Under the pieces are notes generated by a model. The model saw only the letters and a program-made list of their open reading frames with translations. It had not been told where the DNA came from and searched no databases. A DNA stretch of 64,000 nucleotides from Sulfurimonas sp. GTDB lineage: Bacteria > Campylobacterota > Campylobacteria > Campylobacterales > Sulfurimonadaceae. The DNA lies in contig NZ_JALSKT010000074.1 in NCBI RefSeq assembly GCF_026988655.1, positions 20,000 through 83,999 of the forward strand, read 5' to 3'. This document shows, one piece after another, positions 48,673 to 57,842 of the stretch (the stretch's first letter is position 1; each line of letters begins with the position of its first letter). The position numbers and the translations under genes were made by a program.

Positions 48673-48717
48673 AAGTGCCTGACAAGGATAAATGACATTT
48701 ATTCTTGTCAGGCACTT
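48673..48717. repeat. Solo hairpin made of the element-A terminal repeat (AAGTGCCTGACAAGGATAAATGACATTTATTCTTGTCAGGCACTT)
   Basis: Stem of about 21 bp with one mismatch. Same sequence as the two ends of element A, as if the internal cargo were absent. Lies between the pilin-like operon and hpf (both on the minus strand), so it could act as a terminator. Confidence 0.7.
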
Positions 48718-48759
48718 ATATAAATTATAGCATTAAAAAGTTTATAGAATATTATAAAA

Positions 48760-49215
48760 TTATAATTTTTGGATACTTCTTTTAAAATACCTAATTGGCT
48801 CACTAATAACGGTAGGATCTGTCACACTAACCGAGATATCCATAAGAACTGAGCCATTTTGTTCAGGGGTAGTCACTGTAGTATAAGTCGTACATCCTGC
48901 TGGTGCTGGAGCCGTATATATAAAGCGATTTGTTATTGAAATATTGTAGATACCATTTTGAAGAAAATGAAGATCATTTTCATGGCTACATGGTCCATCT
49001 TGTGCTATTTTTAGTAAGGAATACTCAGCTGCACTATGAGCAAGTAAAATAGACTGCTCATACAGATATAAATCTGCTGTTTTTTTTGTTGTTTGTGAAG
49101 TGAGTGCTAGAGCTAATGCCATTATGGTAGCCATAACAACAATAATTGTAATAGCCATAATCATAGCCATACCAGAGCGGAAGCTTCTTTTTAAAATATT
49201 GTTTTTTCTTTGCAT
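48760..49215 (-). CDS. PilX/MshP/GspK-like minor pilin-type protein
   Basis: N-terminus KRSFRSGMAMIMAITIIVVMATIMALALA, a non-cleaved pseudopilin-like hydrophobic helix with no Gly/Ala-Phe site. Overlaps the upstream gene by 25 nt. Confidence 0.5.
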   Translation of the reverse strand: MQRKNNILKRSFRSGMAMIMAITIIVVMATIMALALALTSQTTKKTADLYLYEQSILLAHSAAEYSLLKIAQDGPCSHENDLHFLQNGIYNISITNRFIYTAPAPAGCTTYTTVTTPEQNGSVLMDISVSVTDPTVISEPIRYFKRSIQKL

Positions 49216-50093
49216 AAAGAATACTCCTCAACTAAGTCAGATTTAGTACAGACTTGAATTTTCATAATAGAACCTATAGACATAAACTGAAAAGTACTTA
49301 CATTTTCCATAATTACAGTGTTTTTTGTAGTGGCATCTGAGAGTTTGTCTCCATCCCAAGGTTGGTAATCATAATAAAGTCTCAAAACCCCTTTGTTATT
49401 TGTTCCAGCTTCATAAACAATGGCATATGCTGTCCAAGCAAGTTGATAATATTCATAAATATCTATGCCTGAAAAGTCAGTTTTTCTTGGGGCAAACTCA
49501 TTAGAATTCGCTCCTGCTTTTATTGGATGCATAGCTCCTTGTTGGTTGAGGATTTCGCCATTCCAGCCATAATCTGTTTGAATATTACTATTTGCACCTA
49601 AAAAATAAAGTGCTGCGTTTGAGAGAGAACTTCCACCACTAGAAAGTTTAGAAATCATGGTGTCTATTTTTGTTGTATCCGTTGCAGGTGAGATGAGTTT
49701 ATCTTTATCTCCCCCGTTGAGGTCTATGATGCCACTCCAGTCTGGAAGATATGGTGTTGCATTGTTCTCAGAACTACCGCGAAATCCTTCATCATGATAT
49801 CCTATCCACTCTAATACCGTAAAAGTACTTCCACTTGCATCTGCTATTGCCACTGGAGTATCACCTGTACTTTTCCTAGCTATGACAGAGTCTTTAATTC
49901 TATATTGCAGTCGTGAAGCTATAATTTCTACGGCAGTTTCGCTATTTGATTGTAGTTCATTATTTACATTTGCAAAGATAAAACTTTTATAGGCTTGTGC
50001 TACAAATTCAACACCGAACTTTCCGATAATCCCCATGATGATAATGACAAAAATCAACTCCAGCATAGTAAAGGCAGCATGTCTTTTCATCAA
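49191..50093 (-). CDS. PilW/MshO-like minor prepilin
   Basis: Leader MMKRHAA/FTMLELIFVIIIMGIIG with Glu at +5. 300 aa. 4-nt overlap with the upstream gene. Confidence 0.6.
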   Translation of the reverse strand: MMKRHAAFTMLELIFVIIIMGIIGKFGVEFVAQAYKSFIFANVNNELQSNSETAVEIIASRLQYRIKDSVIARKSTGDTPVAIADASGSTFTVLEWIGYHDEGFRGSSENNATPYLPDWSGIIDLNGGDKDKLISPATDTTKIDTMISKLSSGGSSLSNAALYFLGANSNIQTDYGWNGEILNQQGAMHPIKAGANSNEFAPRKTDFSGIDIYEYYQLAWTAYAIVYEAGTNNKGVLRLYYDYQPWDGDKLSDATTKNTVIMENVSTFQFMSIGSIMKIQVCTKSDLVEEYSLCKEKTIF

Positions 50094-50713
50094 TAAGTCC
50101 TTTTGTAATAATCAACTTCACCGATATTGGCACTGTATGTTCTTAAAGAACTGATAATATTGTCATTAGAATTAGTAATTGTTACTGTTATTCGTTTTAT
50201 ATTTGGATTGTTTGAACCAGCAAAGGTAATGTTGTGGTCCACTTCAATTTTAGACTTGTATTCTTCTTTATATCCGCTAGCACTCGGTGCTGACCCGAGA
50301 AAAATAGGTAGATAAACATGTTCACTGTCTTCTAGACTTTCAACAGCTGTAGCACTGGCATTTGCCGGAGTAGTCGCACTACTGTTTAAACATCTTCGGT
50401 GAAGCGGTTGATTGATATGACCGGGCATAAGTCTGTATCTTGGTGATGAAGTGTTGTTATCGCAAAAGCCACCAATATCTATAACTCTTGCATAAGAATT
50501 TGGCGAATTAGGTTCAATAGAATTTTCATCCCAGTGTCCAGTTACCACTTCATTAAGCTCTGTAGCAGATGCAAAAATTGCTTCTTGCACTATATTGCTA
50601 TCTATCCCTTTAGAAACTACTTGATTCATCATAGGCAAAGAGATTACAGTTATCGCTATAATAACAATGGCAAAAATAAGCTCAATAAGAGTAAACGCAC
50701 TCTTTCTTACCAC
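50090..50713 (-). CDS. PilV/FimU-like minor prepilin
   Basis: GTG start overlapping the giant gene's stop by 7 nt. Leader (M)VRKSA/FTLIELIFAIVIIAI. Confidence 0.6.
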   Translation of the reverse strand: MVRKSAFTLIELIFAIVIIAITVISLPMMNQVVSKGIDSNIVQEAIFASATELNEVVTGHWDENSIEPNSPNSYARVIDIGGFCDNNTSSPRYRLMPGHINQPLHRRCLNSSATTPANASATAVESLEDSEHVYLPIFLGSAPSASGYKEEYKSKIEVDHNITFAGSNNPNIKRITVTITNSNDNIISSLRTYSANIGEVDYYKRTY

Positions 50714-53700
50714 ATTAGTCTCCTATTTGTTTGATCTGCTGCATTCTTTTTGGTTGTAGTATCTGTTTCAGCTTGTCCAGCCCAATTTCCAGAATTATTT
50801 ATGAATTCAACTTCAAACTCATTTACTACTGCGTTTGGATTGTATTTGCCATAAATCAACCAATTGGATGCCTTGTCTTGCATTGTAGCTTTGTATGGAT
50901 AGCCATTAGTCCCATCATATTTTAATGTAATGATGTCGGGGTAATTTCCAGTAGGTTCTGTACCAGCAACTATTTTAACGTAGTTTGCCCCTTTTTGTTT
51001 GATTTGGCCTGATTTTCCGTAGTTGTTTGTATGTTTTGTATTTACAAACCATCTTGGGTCATCAGTAAATGTGGAGTTTATATCATCTTGGAGTAAGGTC
51101 TTATTTCCATCATTTGAAATATCACAAAAAACTTCATACGTTATAGAAGCATTTCCTTCATTTCCAAAATAACGTTGTCTTTGCACATGTGAACGAGCAT
51201 AGTAGTGCTTTATATTGTGATTTAATTGTATGTTTCCTTTTGTTTCATTCGCAACATTAAAATCAGCTGCATATCCACAGTTTGCACTGTTTGAACATTT
51301 AACATCATAATCTATAAAAGTTACTGCTTGAGGATTTATTGCTTTATTCACTTTCCTCTGATAGTTGAGATTTAAAATAGTTTTCACTTCTCCTTTTGCA
51401 CTTTTTATGAAATCTGAACTTGCTAAGGCTATAACCTCTTTTGAGTTGTTTATATCTTTTAGTACATCTCGTATGTCTGTAGCATTTTCATCTTGAATAT
51501 GTACCCTATATTGGTAGGCTACCGGAAGATCGATTATATCTCTACTAATGTTGATGTCCAAAGGAGTTGCATAACATCCCTCTACGAAGTTTGTAGTAAC
51601 AATAGCATTCTTTCCAACTGCTTTAATATTTCCATTGAGATGATAAGACATATTTTCATCTTTACTTAAATCTGCCATATAGATAAATGGACTATTCACT
51701 ATATCTGGATCATCATTGAGTCCGACTGATGGTACGATACTTCTTAGGTCAAACTCATAGGGGTGAAATGTTGGTCTCAAGTTGACATATTGTAAGCCAT
51801 TGTCTAAGTTTGTGTGTACAGAGCTAATATTACACCCTGTAAAATGGTCAAAAGTGATTGATTTTGGAACTGCAGAACTTCCAACTACACAATCAGGAGT
51901 TGTTGTAAAATAGCTACCAGTATGATGTGCTTGTACAACTCTGTCTATTGAAGTCCAAGTTGTATCTAAAAGAGCAAGTGTATACTCTCCCACTTGAGAT
52001 ATAGATGAGTTCATCTCTCGTATCCCATTGATTATAGTGATATTTAAGTCTTTATTTGTTGTGTCATTACAGCCGGTTTTTGTCGTTGTTGGCGACCACT
52101 GATACGAAGATGTCGTTCCTGTTACTGCGTTTAGCACAGTGTTATAACCCCTTGATGCATTGTTGTCAATATGGTTCGTAGCATTAATCTCAAGGTTATA
52201 CTGATAGCCAGCTGCTAAATGAAGTGTTTGGGGTACTAGCGTTGTAGCTCCTGAGTAGTTTGTAGTTAATCGTACTTTAGGAGTATTAGGGTTTGTCTGA
52301 TTTTGGTCATCTATATTTGCCAAAAATGCTTCTGGTCTGATGGAGAAATTATCACGTGAACAGACAAGTTTTGTACTGAGCCCATAAACACATTCCATAC
52401 AAAGGTCAAGCTCATTTTTTGTCATTGCGGAATCAAAAGAGGTCCCAGAATCGCTACAATAATCTTCTACTTTATTAGTGCCTACAGCACATACCCCTTC
52501 TTTGATAGCATCTGGAAAATTAAGAACATTATATCGCTTTTCACCATTGTTATTTAATGTCTCAAGAGTAATAATCTCGCCTGTATCTGGGTCTACATTG
52601 TAACTTATACGAAAAGCAGCATCTTCTCTTGCAATCTGATTAAAGGTGACATTGTCAGGGTTTAAAGGTACTTTTGATACATTTTCAAACACAACCCACT
52701 CTCTATCACTGATAGAGTTTGTTATCTCACTACAAGAAGCTTCTGTAAAGTGAAATGATTTTAAGTCCAGCATATCAACAGCAACTACTGTACTTGTAGC
52801 CTTTAGAACATGGAGGCTTGGATTTAGACTTTCATTGGTATCTACAGATATAACACTAAGATTACCTTTTCTGTTTGTGACTTGCGTATTTATATTATAA
52901 TAGTAATTTGTTTCATCAGTATATAAACCATTTTCTATGATATTGAAGTTCCCATAAACAGGTGCATAATTGTGTGAACCATTACTACATATAGGCACAT
53001 CTTGATCTATGACGCTTGATCTTGAAATAATAAGTACATCATTTGGATCGGCTGAAAGAGGAATAGTTAAATTGTAATCAATTCTTGCATTTATAGGAAG
53101 AGATAAGGGTGTTTGATAAGGATCTAGTGAAACATAAATATAAAAATAATCATAGGCATCAAATGAAGTAATAGGTATGCCTTTAACGTAGCTACTGCTA
53201 GTATCCAAAACTCCATCACTAATTTTTGTTCTTGTAAAACTATTTGGTTCTGTGACCCAAGTACTATTTGCTTTGTATGAGGCTTGTGAAGTATTAATAT
53301 CAATAAGGTTAAAAAAGATATCAGTAGCAACAATTTCTGAATCTTTCATATTTCGAAAGTACATTGCTACTTCGATAGGCTCATTTGTATTGTTTATTAC
53401 CGCATCACCACTAATATATGGTCCTTTTGCTGGGTCATATCCTTCCGTTAAATAAAGTTCATTTTGTTTATAAGCATAATCGTAACAGATACTAGGTTCT
53501 CTTAGTCCATTGATTTTATTGACAAAAACGCCCGTATCCCACTGATCATCTGAGGTATCGGCTAAGGCCATTTTAAAGTGGTATGTTTCTCCTGGTGTTA
53601 GTTTGTCTAAGGTAGCATGAAGTTTGTGTGTTAGTCCATCATATTCTACGTTAATTGGAGCTTTTGTTTGTGTACAGTTAGGTACACCCTTACCTTTAAC

Positions 53701-54405
53701 ACAATTATCTATATAGTATTGTGTATTGGTCAAAATTTCTGGTGTGCCATCATCGTATACTCCAACTAGTCCATTATTTACATTGTTTACGGTTACTGTG
53801 TCATAGTTATTTATATTATCGATATTTACATAGTGTTGATTGTCGATGACTCTTGCGATATTATATGTTTGATTTAAATCACCACCTGAAACAAAAAAAC
53901 CAAAAGAGTCATTAAATCTAGAACCTACATACTCGTTGTACTCTTCAGAAGCAAATTGGTAATCAACGAGTAACAATCTTGTGTTTTCATCCAAAGTAAC
54001 ATCAAACTCAAAAACAACAGTATCAAAATTCGCACGAGGATCAATAGCTAAGAGGTCAGGATCATTAAGGTTAGCAGTATGGGTAATTGATGTTCGCCAA
54101 TTACTATTGGTAGTAAAAGATTCTTGAACTGACATGGCAGTTAAGATAATTCCTTCGTCAATCTCTAGCTTTGCACCACCAACTCCATTAGAAAACGTAC
54201 CGACTTGTGTTGCCTCACCAAATGTTATTTTTGGATTAGTAATTGTAATCCCTATACCTTGAATTTGGGATGCAAGTTCTGTCGCTGTTACATCATATTT
54301 ACAGTTTGCTGTGGAAGTATTGACACAGTTCGTGGCAGCAAAAAGAACAGGTGTAAAAATGAAGAAAGTGAAAAAACTTATTAACTTTAATAATTTACCT
54401 TTCAT
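50707..54405 (-). CDS. 1232-aa secreted surface protein with N-terminal choice-of-anchor-L domain (PilY1/MshQ-analogous adhesin candidate)
   Basis: ATG 54405 follows AAGGGGA. Signal peptide MKGKLLKLISFFTFFIFTPVLFA/ATN. Residues about 60-230 show GIILTA...DPDLLAI...FDTVVFEFDV...YQFASEEYNEYVGSRFNDSFGFFVSGG...VNNVNNG, the hallmark of the choice-of-anchor L domain. The remaining roughly 900 aa are Asn/Thr-rich and beta-type. Confidence 0.7.
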   Translation of the reverse strand: MKGKLLKLISFFTFFIFTPVLFAATNCVNTSTANCKYDVTATELASQIQGIGITITNPKITFGEATQVGTFSNGVGGAKLEIDEGIILTAMSVQESFTTNSNWRTSITHTANLNDPDLLAIDPRANFDTVVFEFDVTLDENTRLLLVDYQFASEEYNEYVGSRFNDSFGFFVSGGDLNQTYNIARVIDNQHYVNIDNINNYDTVTVNNVNNGLVGVYDDGTPEILTNTQYYIDNCVKGKGVPNCTQTKAPINVEYDGLTHKLHATLDKLTPGETYHFKMALADTSDDQWDTGVFVNKINGLREPSICYDYAYKQNELYLTEGYDPAKGPYISGDAVINNTNEPIEVAMYFRNMKDSEIVATDIFFNLIDINTSQASYKANSTWVTEPNSFTRTKISDGVLDTSSSYVKGIPITSFDAYDYFYIYVSLDPYQTPLSLPINARIDYNLTIPLSADPNDVLIISRSSVIDQDVPICSNGSHNYAPVYGNFNIIENGLYTDETNYYYNINTQVTNRKGNLSVISVDTNESLNPSLHVLKATSTVVAVDMLDLKSFHFTEASCSEITNSISDREWVVFENVSKVPLNPDNVTFNQIAREDAAFRISYNVDPDTGEIITLETLNNNGEKRYNVLNFPDAIKEGVCAVGTNKVEDYCSDSGTSFDSAMTKNELDLCMECVYGLSTKLVCSRDNFSIRPEAFLANIDDQNQTNPNTPKVRLTTNYSGATTLVPQTLHLAAGYQYNLEINATNHIDNNASRGYNTVLNAVTGTTSSYQWSPTTTKTGCNDTTNKDLNITIINGIREMNSSISQVGEYTLALLDTTWTSIDRVVQAHHTGSYFTTTPDCVVGSSAVPKSITFDHFTGCNISSVHTNLDNGLQYVNLRPTFHPYEFDLRSIVPSVGLNDDPDIVNSPFIYMADLSKDENMSYHLNGNIKAVGKNAIVTTNFVEGCYATPLDINISRDIIDLPVAYQYRVHIQDENATDIRDVLKDINNSKEVIALASSDFIKSAKGEVKTILNLNYQRKVNKAINPQAVTFIDYDVKCSNSANCGYAADFNVANETKGNIQLNHNIKHYYARSHVQRQRYFGNEGNASITYEVFCDISNDGNKTLLQDDINSTFTDDPRWFVNTKHTNNYGKSGQIKQKGANYVKIVAGTEPTGNYPDIITLKYDGTNGYPYKATMQDKASNWLIYGKYNPNAVVNEFEVEFINNSGNWAGQAETDTTTKKNAADQTNRRLMW

Positions 54406-54468
54406 GACAATCCCCTTTTTCACAAAAATCACTGCACACCCAAGCAGGGCTCAGTAGCAAAGTGCAGT

Positions 54469-54477
54469 TGCTATAAT
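54469..54477 (+). promoter_or_regulatory. Candidate extended -10 promoter (TGcTATAAT) facing bamD-lon
   Basis: TGCTATAAT lies about 160 nt upstream of the bamD ATG, in the 234-bp divergent intergenic region. Confidence 0.3.
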
Positions 54478-54639
54478 AGATTATCCATTTAGTCTGCTTT
54501 AGAAAAGCTGAAAGTAAACAGATTTACACTAATTTGATAATATCTTATTCTTATATATTGTTAAATCTAAGAAGTTTAATCCTTGTTATATATCTTTTAG
54601 ATAAAATAACAGCCTATTTACAAGAAGGAATAAACTTTT

Positions 54640-55383
54640 ATGAAAACAAAAATGCGTATGCTCATTGTACTTACTGCGTTTAGCATTCTCTTTAGTGCTT
54701 GCTCAAAAGAGGTAGACGAATACAACAAGCCGGCTGTTTATTGGTATGGTAAGATTATTGATTCTATTTCGAATGGAAACTATGATAAGGCGGATGATTA
54801 TTATTCGTCATTGCAGGGTGAACATATAGGCTCACCACTTTTACCTGAAGCTACGATGATATTGGCTATTGCCCACATGCACAATGAAGAGTATCTCTTG
54901 AGCGAACATTTTTTAAACGAATACATCAAACGATATGCTAACACTAATGAGATAGAGTTTGCAGAGTTTTTGAGAATTAAAGCAAAATACAAATCACTGC
55001 CACACCCAAGACGTGATCAGGTATTTGTACAAGAAGCGATTGAAGAAGCAAAAGCTTTTAAAATAAAGCACCCACACTCAATGTATTACTCTTTAGTCGA
55101 TTCTATATTGACACGGCTTTATCTTGGTGATGCTTCATTTAATGAAAGTATTGCGCAATTGTATGAGCGCATTGACAAGCCTAAATCTGCAAAGTTTTAT
55201 AGGGCTATAAAACCTGAACCATGGATTAATTGGGATGAAGTACAACGTGCTCAGACTCCATGGTATCGAGAGTGGTTTGAGGGTGACGGTACTTCAAGTT
55301 GGTATGCTTTTCTTATACCAGATACAAAAAGTGTTGTTTCACGTAACAGTGTTCCTGACACAGATGAAAATTTAACAAAATAA
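54640..55383 (+). CDS. bamD: Outer membrane protein assembly factor BamD-like lipoprotein
   Basis: Lipobox LFSAC, TPR-like helices (YWYGKIIDSISNGNYDKADDYY...). Sits immediately upstream of lon, as in C. jejuni (from memory). Confidence 0.7.
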   Translation: MKTKMRMLIVLTAFSILFSACSKEVDEYNKPAVYWYGKIIDSISNGNYDKADDYYSSLQGEHIGSPLLPEATMILAIAHMHNEEYLLSEHFLNEYIKRYANTNEIEFAEFLRIKAKYKSLPHPRRDQVFVQEAIEEAKAFKIKHPHSMYYSLVDSILTRLYLGDASFNESIAQLYERIDKPKSAKFYRAIKPEPWINWDEVQRAQTPWYREWFEGDGTSSWYAFLIPDTKSVVSRNSVPDTDENLTK

Positions 55384-55398
55384 AAAGGATACTATTTT

Positions 55399-57816
55399 AT
55401 GAAACTAAGTAACTATGGAGAATTTCCTGCTGATATTCCTGTAATAGCAGAAGATGAGCTTTTTTTATATCCCTTTATGATTTCACCACTGTTTTTGAGT
55501 GATGAAAAAAATATTAAGGCAGTAACTAAAGCTATTGACGATAACTCGTTGGTCATTGTTTGCCCAACAAAACCTTTACATGAGGGTGAACGTGATTATG
55601 ATGCACTATATGATGCTGGTGTTGTTGGCTCTATTATGAGAAAGGTTTCACTGCCAGATGGAAGAATTAAAGTACTTTTTCAAGGGCTTGCACGAGCAAA
55701 ATCACTTTATAAAGTTTCTGATGATCCATTGATTGCTCATGTAGATATTTTAAAAACATTAGAAGTTGATTCTTTAAAAATTGACGCTATTTTGGAAGTG
55801 GTACGTGAAAAAGTAAGAGCTTTATCTGCTGTTAGTAATTACTTCCCACCAGACTTGTTGCGTACAATAGAGGAAAATCATGATCATAACCGTATTATTG
55901 ATCTTGTATGTTCCACTATAAAGTTAAAAAAAGAACAAGCGTATAAGCTGTTTGTTGAGACGGATACAGAGAAAAGATTTTTAGATTTAATTGATCTTCT
56001 TATTGATGAAATCGAAGCGAATAAACTTCAAAAAGAGATACGCTCTAAAGTTCATACTCATATGGAAGAGATTAATAAAGAATACTTTTTAAAAGAGCAG
56101 TTAAAACAAATCCAAAAAGAGCTTGGTGTTGATACTTCACGTGATGAAGAGGTAGAAGAGTATAAGAAAAAACTTGAAGCTAAAAAAGAGAAGATGAGTG
56201 AGGATGCGTTTAAGGAGATAAGTAAACAGTTAGAACGTTTTTCTCGTATGCATCCAGATTCTTCAGATGCATCTATGACACAAACCTATCTTGATTGGGC
56301 TTTAGATATCCCTTTTGGTGAGCTTGCAAAAAAACCACTTAAAATTGAAGCTGTTGAGAAACAACTGAGTGAAGATCATTTTTCTTTGAAGAAACCAAAA
56401 GAGAGAATTGTGGAGTATTTTGCTGTTAAAGAGTTACTTGAACTTCGTGGAGTCAAAGCAAAAAAAAGTTCAGGTGCTATCATCTGTTTCTCAGGACCTC
56501 CTGGTGTTGGTAAAACTTCATTGGCTAACTCTATAGCCGCAGCATTAAAGCGTCCCCTTGTGAGAATAGCATTAGGTGGACTTGAAGATGTGAATGAACT
56601 ACGTGGACACAGACGTACATATGTAGGGGCTATGCCTGGACGTATTACGCAGGGACTCATAGATGCGAAAAAAATGAATCCGGTTATTGTTCTTGATGAG
56701 ATAGATAAAATAACACGTTCACAAAGAGGTGATCCAACAGCAGCACTTTTGGAGATCTTAGATCCTGAACAAAATAGTGAATTTAGAGATTATTACCTGA
56801 ATTTTGATTTAGATTTGAGTAATGTTATTTTCATAGCTACAGCTAATGATGTAGGGCGTATTCCAGCTCCCCTGCGTGATAGAATGGAATTTATAACCTT
56901 AAGCTCTTATACACCACAAGAAAAGTTTGAGATTGCACGTCGTTATTTATTACCACAAGAACTTAAAAAGCATGGACTTAAAAAGTCTGAACTAACTATC
57001 TCTAAACCAGCACTTAAAGAGTTGATACATAGTTATACTCGTGAAGCAGGTGTGCGTAATCTTCGTCGTCGTATGGCAGAGGTATGCCGTAAAGCAGCAT
57101 TGGAAATTTTAAAACATAGTGAAGTTAACAAGGTCACTATCACGTTGAAAAATTTAAAAACATTTTTTGACAAGAGTGTATTTGAAATTGAGAAAACAAA
57201 CAAGATTCCAGTTGTTGGTGTTGTTAATGGTCTTGCATGGACAGCAGTGGGTGGGGATGTTCTTAAAATAGAAAGTATCCGTATCAAAGGCAATGGCAAT
57301 TTACAGCTTACTGGTAGCTTGGGTGATGTAATGAAAGAGTCAGCAAGAATTGCGATGAGTGTTGTTAAAACCTTGATTGATAAGAGAAAGTTGAGAATTT
57401 CAAAAGAGAATATTCCTTTGACTTTTAAAGAAAAAGAGGAAAAGCTTACTGTAGATCCAAGTGAAGTATATAAACGCTATGATTTGCATATACACGTTCC
57501 TGATGGATCAACACCTAAAGATGGACCAAGTGCAGGTATCGCTATGGTGAGTGTTATCGCATCAATTTTAAGTTCATATAAAATTCGTTCAGAAATAGCA
57601 ATGACGGGTGAAGTTTCTTTAACTGGGGATGTCCTACCTATTGGTGGATTGAAAGAGAAGTTAATTGCTGCTTATAAAGCTGATATGACAAAGGTTTTAG
57701 TCCCTGCAAAAAATTATGAAAGGGATTTAGAAGATATTCCAAAAGAGGTTAGAGAAGCCTTAGAAATTATACCTGTAAAAAGGGTAGAAGAAGTTTTAAA
57801 ACAAGTTCTAGTGTAG
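55399..57816 (+). CDS. lon: ATP-dependent Lon protease
   Basis: LON N-domain, Walker A GPPGVGKTS, and proteolytic PKDGPSAG with the catalytic Ser and downstream Lys. Confidence 0.97.
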   Translation: MKLSNYGEFPADIPVIAEDELFLYPFMISPLFLSDEKNIKAVTKAIDDNSLVIVCPTKPLHEGERDYDALYDAGVVGSIMRKVSLPDGRIKVLFQGLARAKSLYKVSDDPLIAHVDILKTLEVDSLKIDAILEVVREKVRALSAVSNYFPPDLLRTIEENHDHNRIIDLVCSTIKLKKEQAYKLFVETDTEKRFLDLIDLLIDEIEANKLQKEIRSKVHTHMEEINKEYFLKEQLKQIQKELGVDTSRDEEVEEYKKKLEAKKEKMSEDAFKEISKQLERFSRMHPDSSDASMTQTYLDWALDIPFGELAKKPLKIEAVEKQLSEDHFSLKKPKERIVEYFAVKELLELRGVKAKKSSGAIICFSGPPGVGKTSLANSIAAALKRPLVRIALGGLEDVNELRGHRRTYVGAMPGRITQGLIDAKKMNPVIVLDEIDKITRSQRGDPTAALLEILDPEQNSEFRDYYLNFDLDLSNVIFIATANDVGRIPAPLRDRMEFITLSSYTPQEKFEIARRYLLPQELKKHGLKKSELTISKPALKELIHSYTREAGVRNLRRRMAEVCRKAALEILKHSEVNKVTITLKNLKTFFDKSVFEIEKTNKIPVVGVVNGLAWTAVGGDVLKIESIRIKGNGNLQLTGSLGDVMKESARIAMSVVKTLIDKRKLRISKENIPLTFKEKEEKLTVDPSEVYKRYDLHIHVPDGSTPKDGPSAGIAMVSVIASILSSYKIRSEIAMTGEVSLTGDVLPIGGLKEKLIAAYKADMTKVLVPAKNYERDLEDIPKEVREALEIIPVKRVEEVLKQVLV

Positions 57817-57828
57817 AACTTGTTTTAA
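57796..57828. terminator. Bidirectional rho-independent terminator between convergent lon and the receiver gene
   Basis: Perfect 15-bp arms TTAAAACAAGTTCTA gtg TAGAACTTGTTTTAA. A T-run follows the GC-containing core on both strands. Overlaps the lon stop codon. Confidence 0.6.
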
Positions 57829-57842
57829 ACGCAGTATCAGGC

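Noticed and set aside
40031-48717. Considered whether the repeated hairpins and palindromes are a CRISPR array or tRNA-like genes.
   Set aside because: There are no regularly spaced direct repeats with unique spacers and no cas genes. I found no cloverleaf-compatible arms or anticodon loop. The repeats are inverted, not direct.
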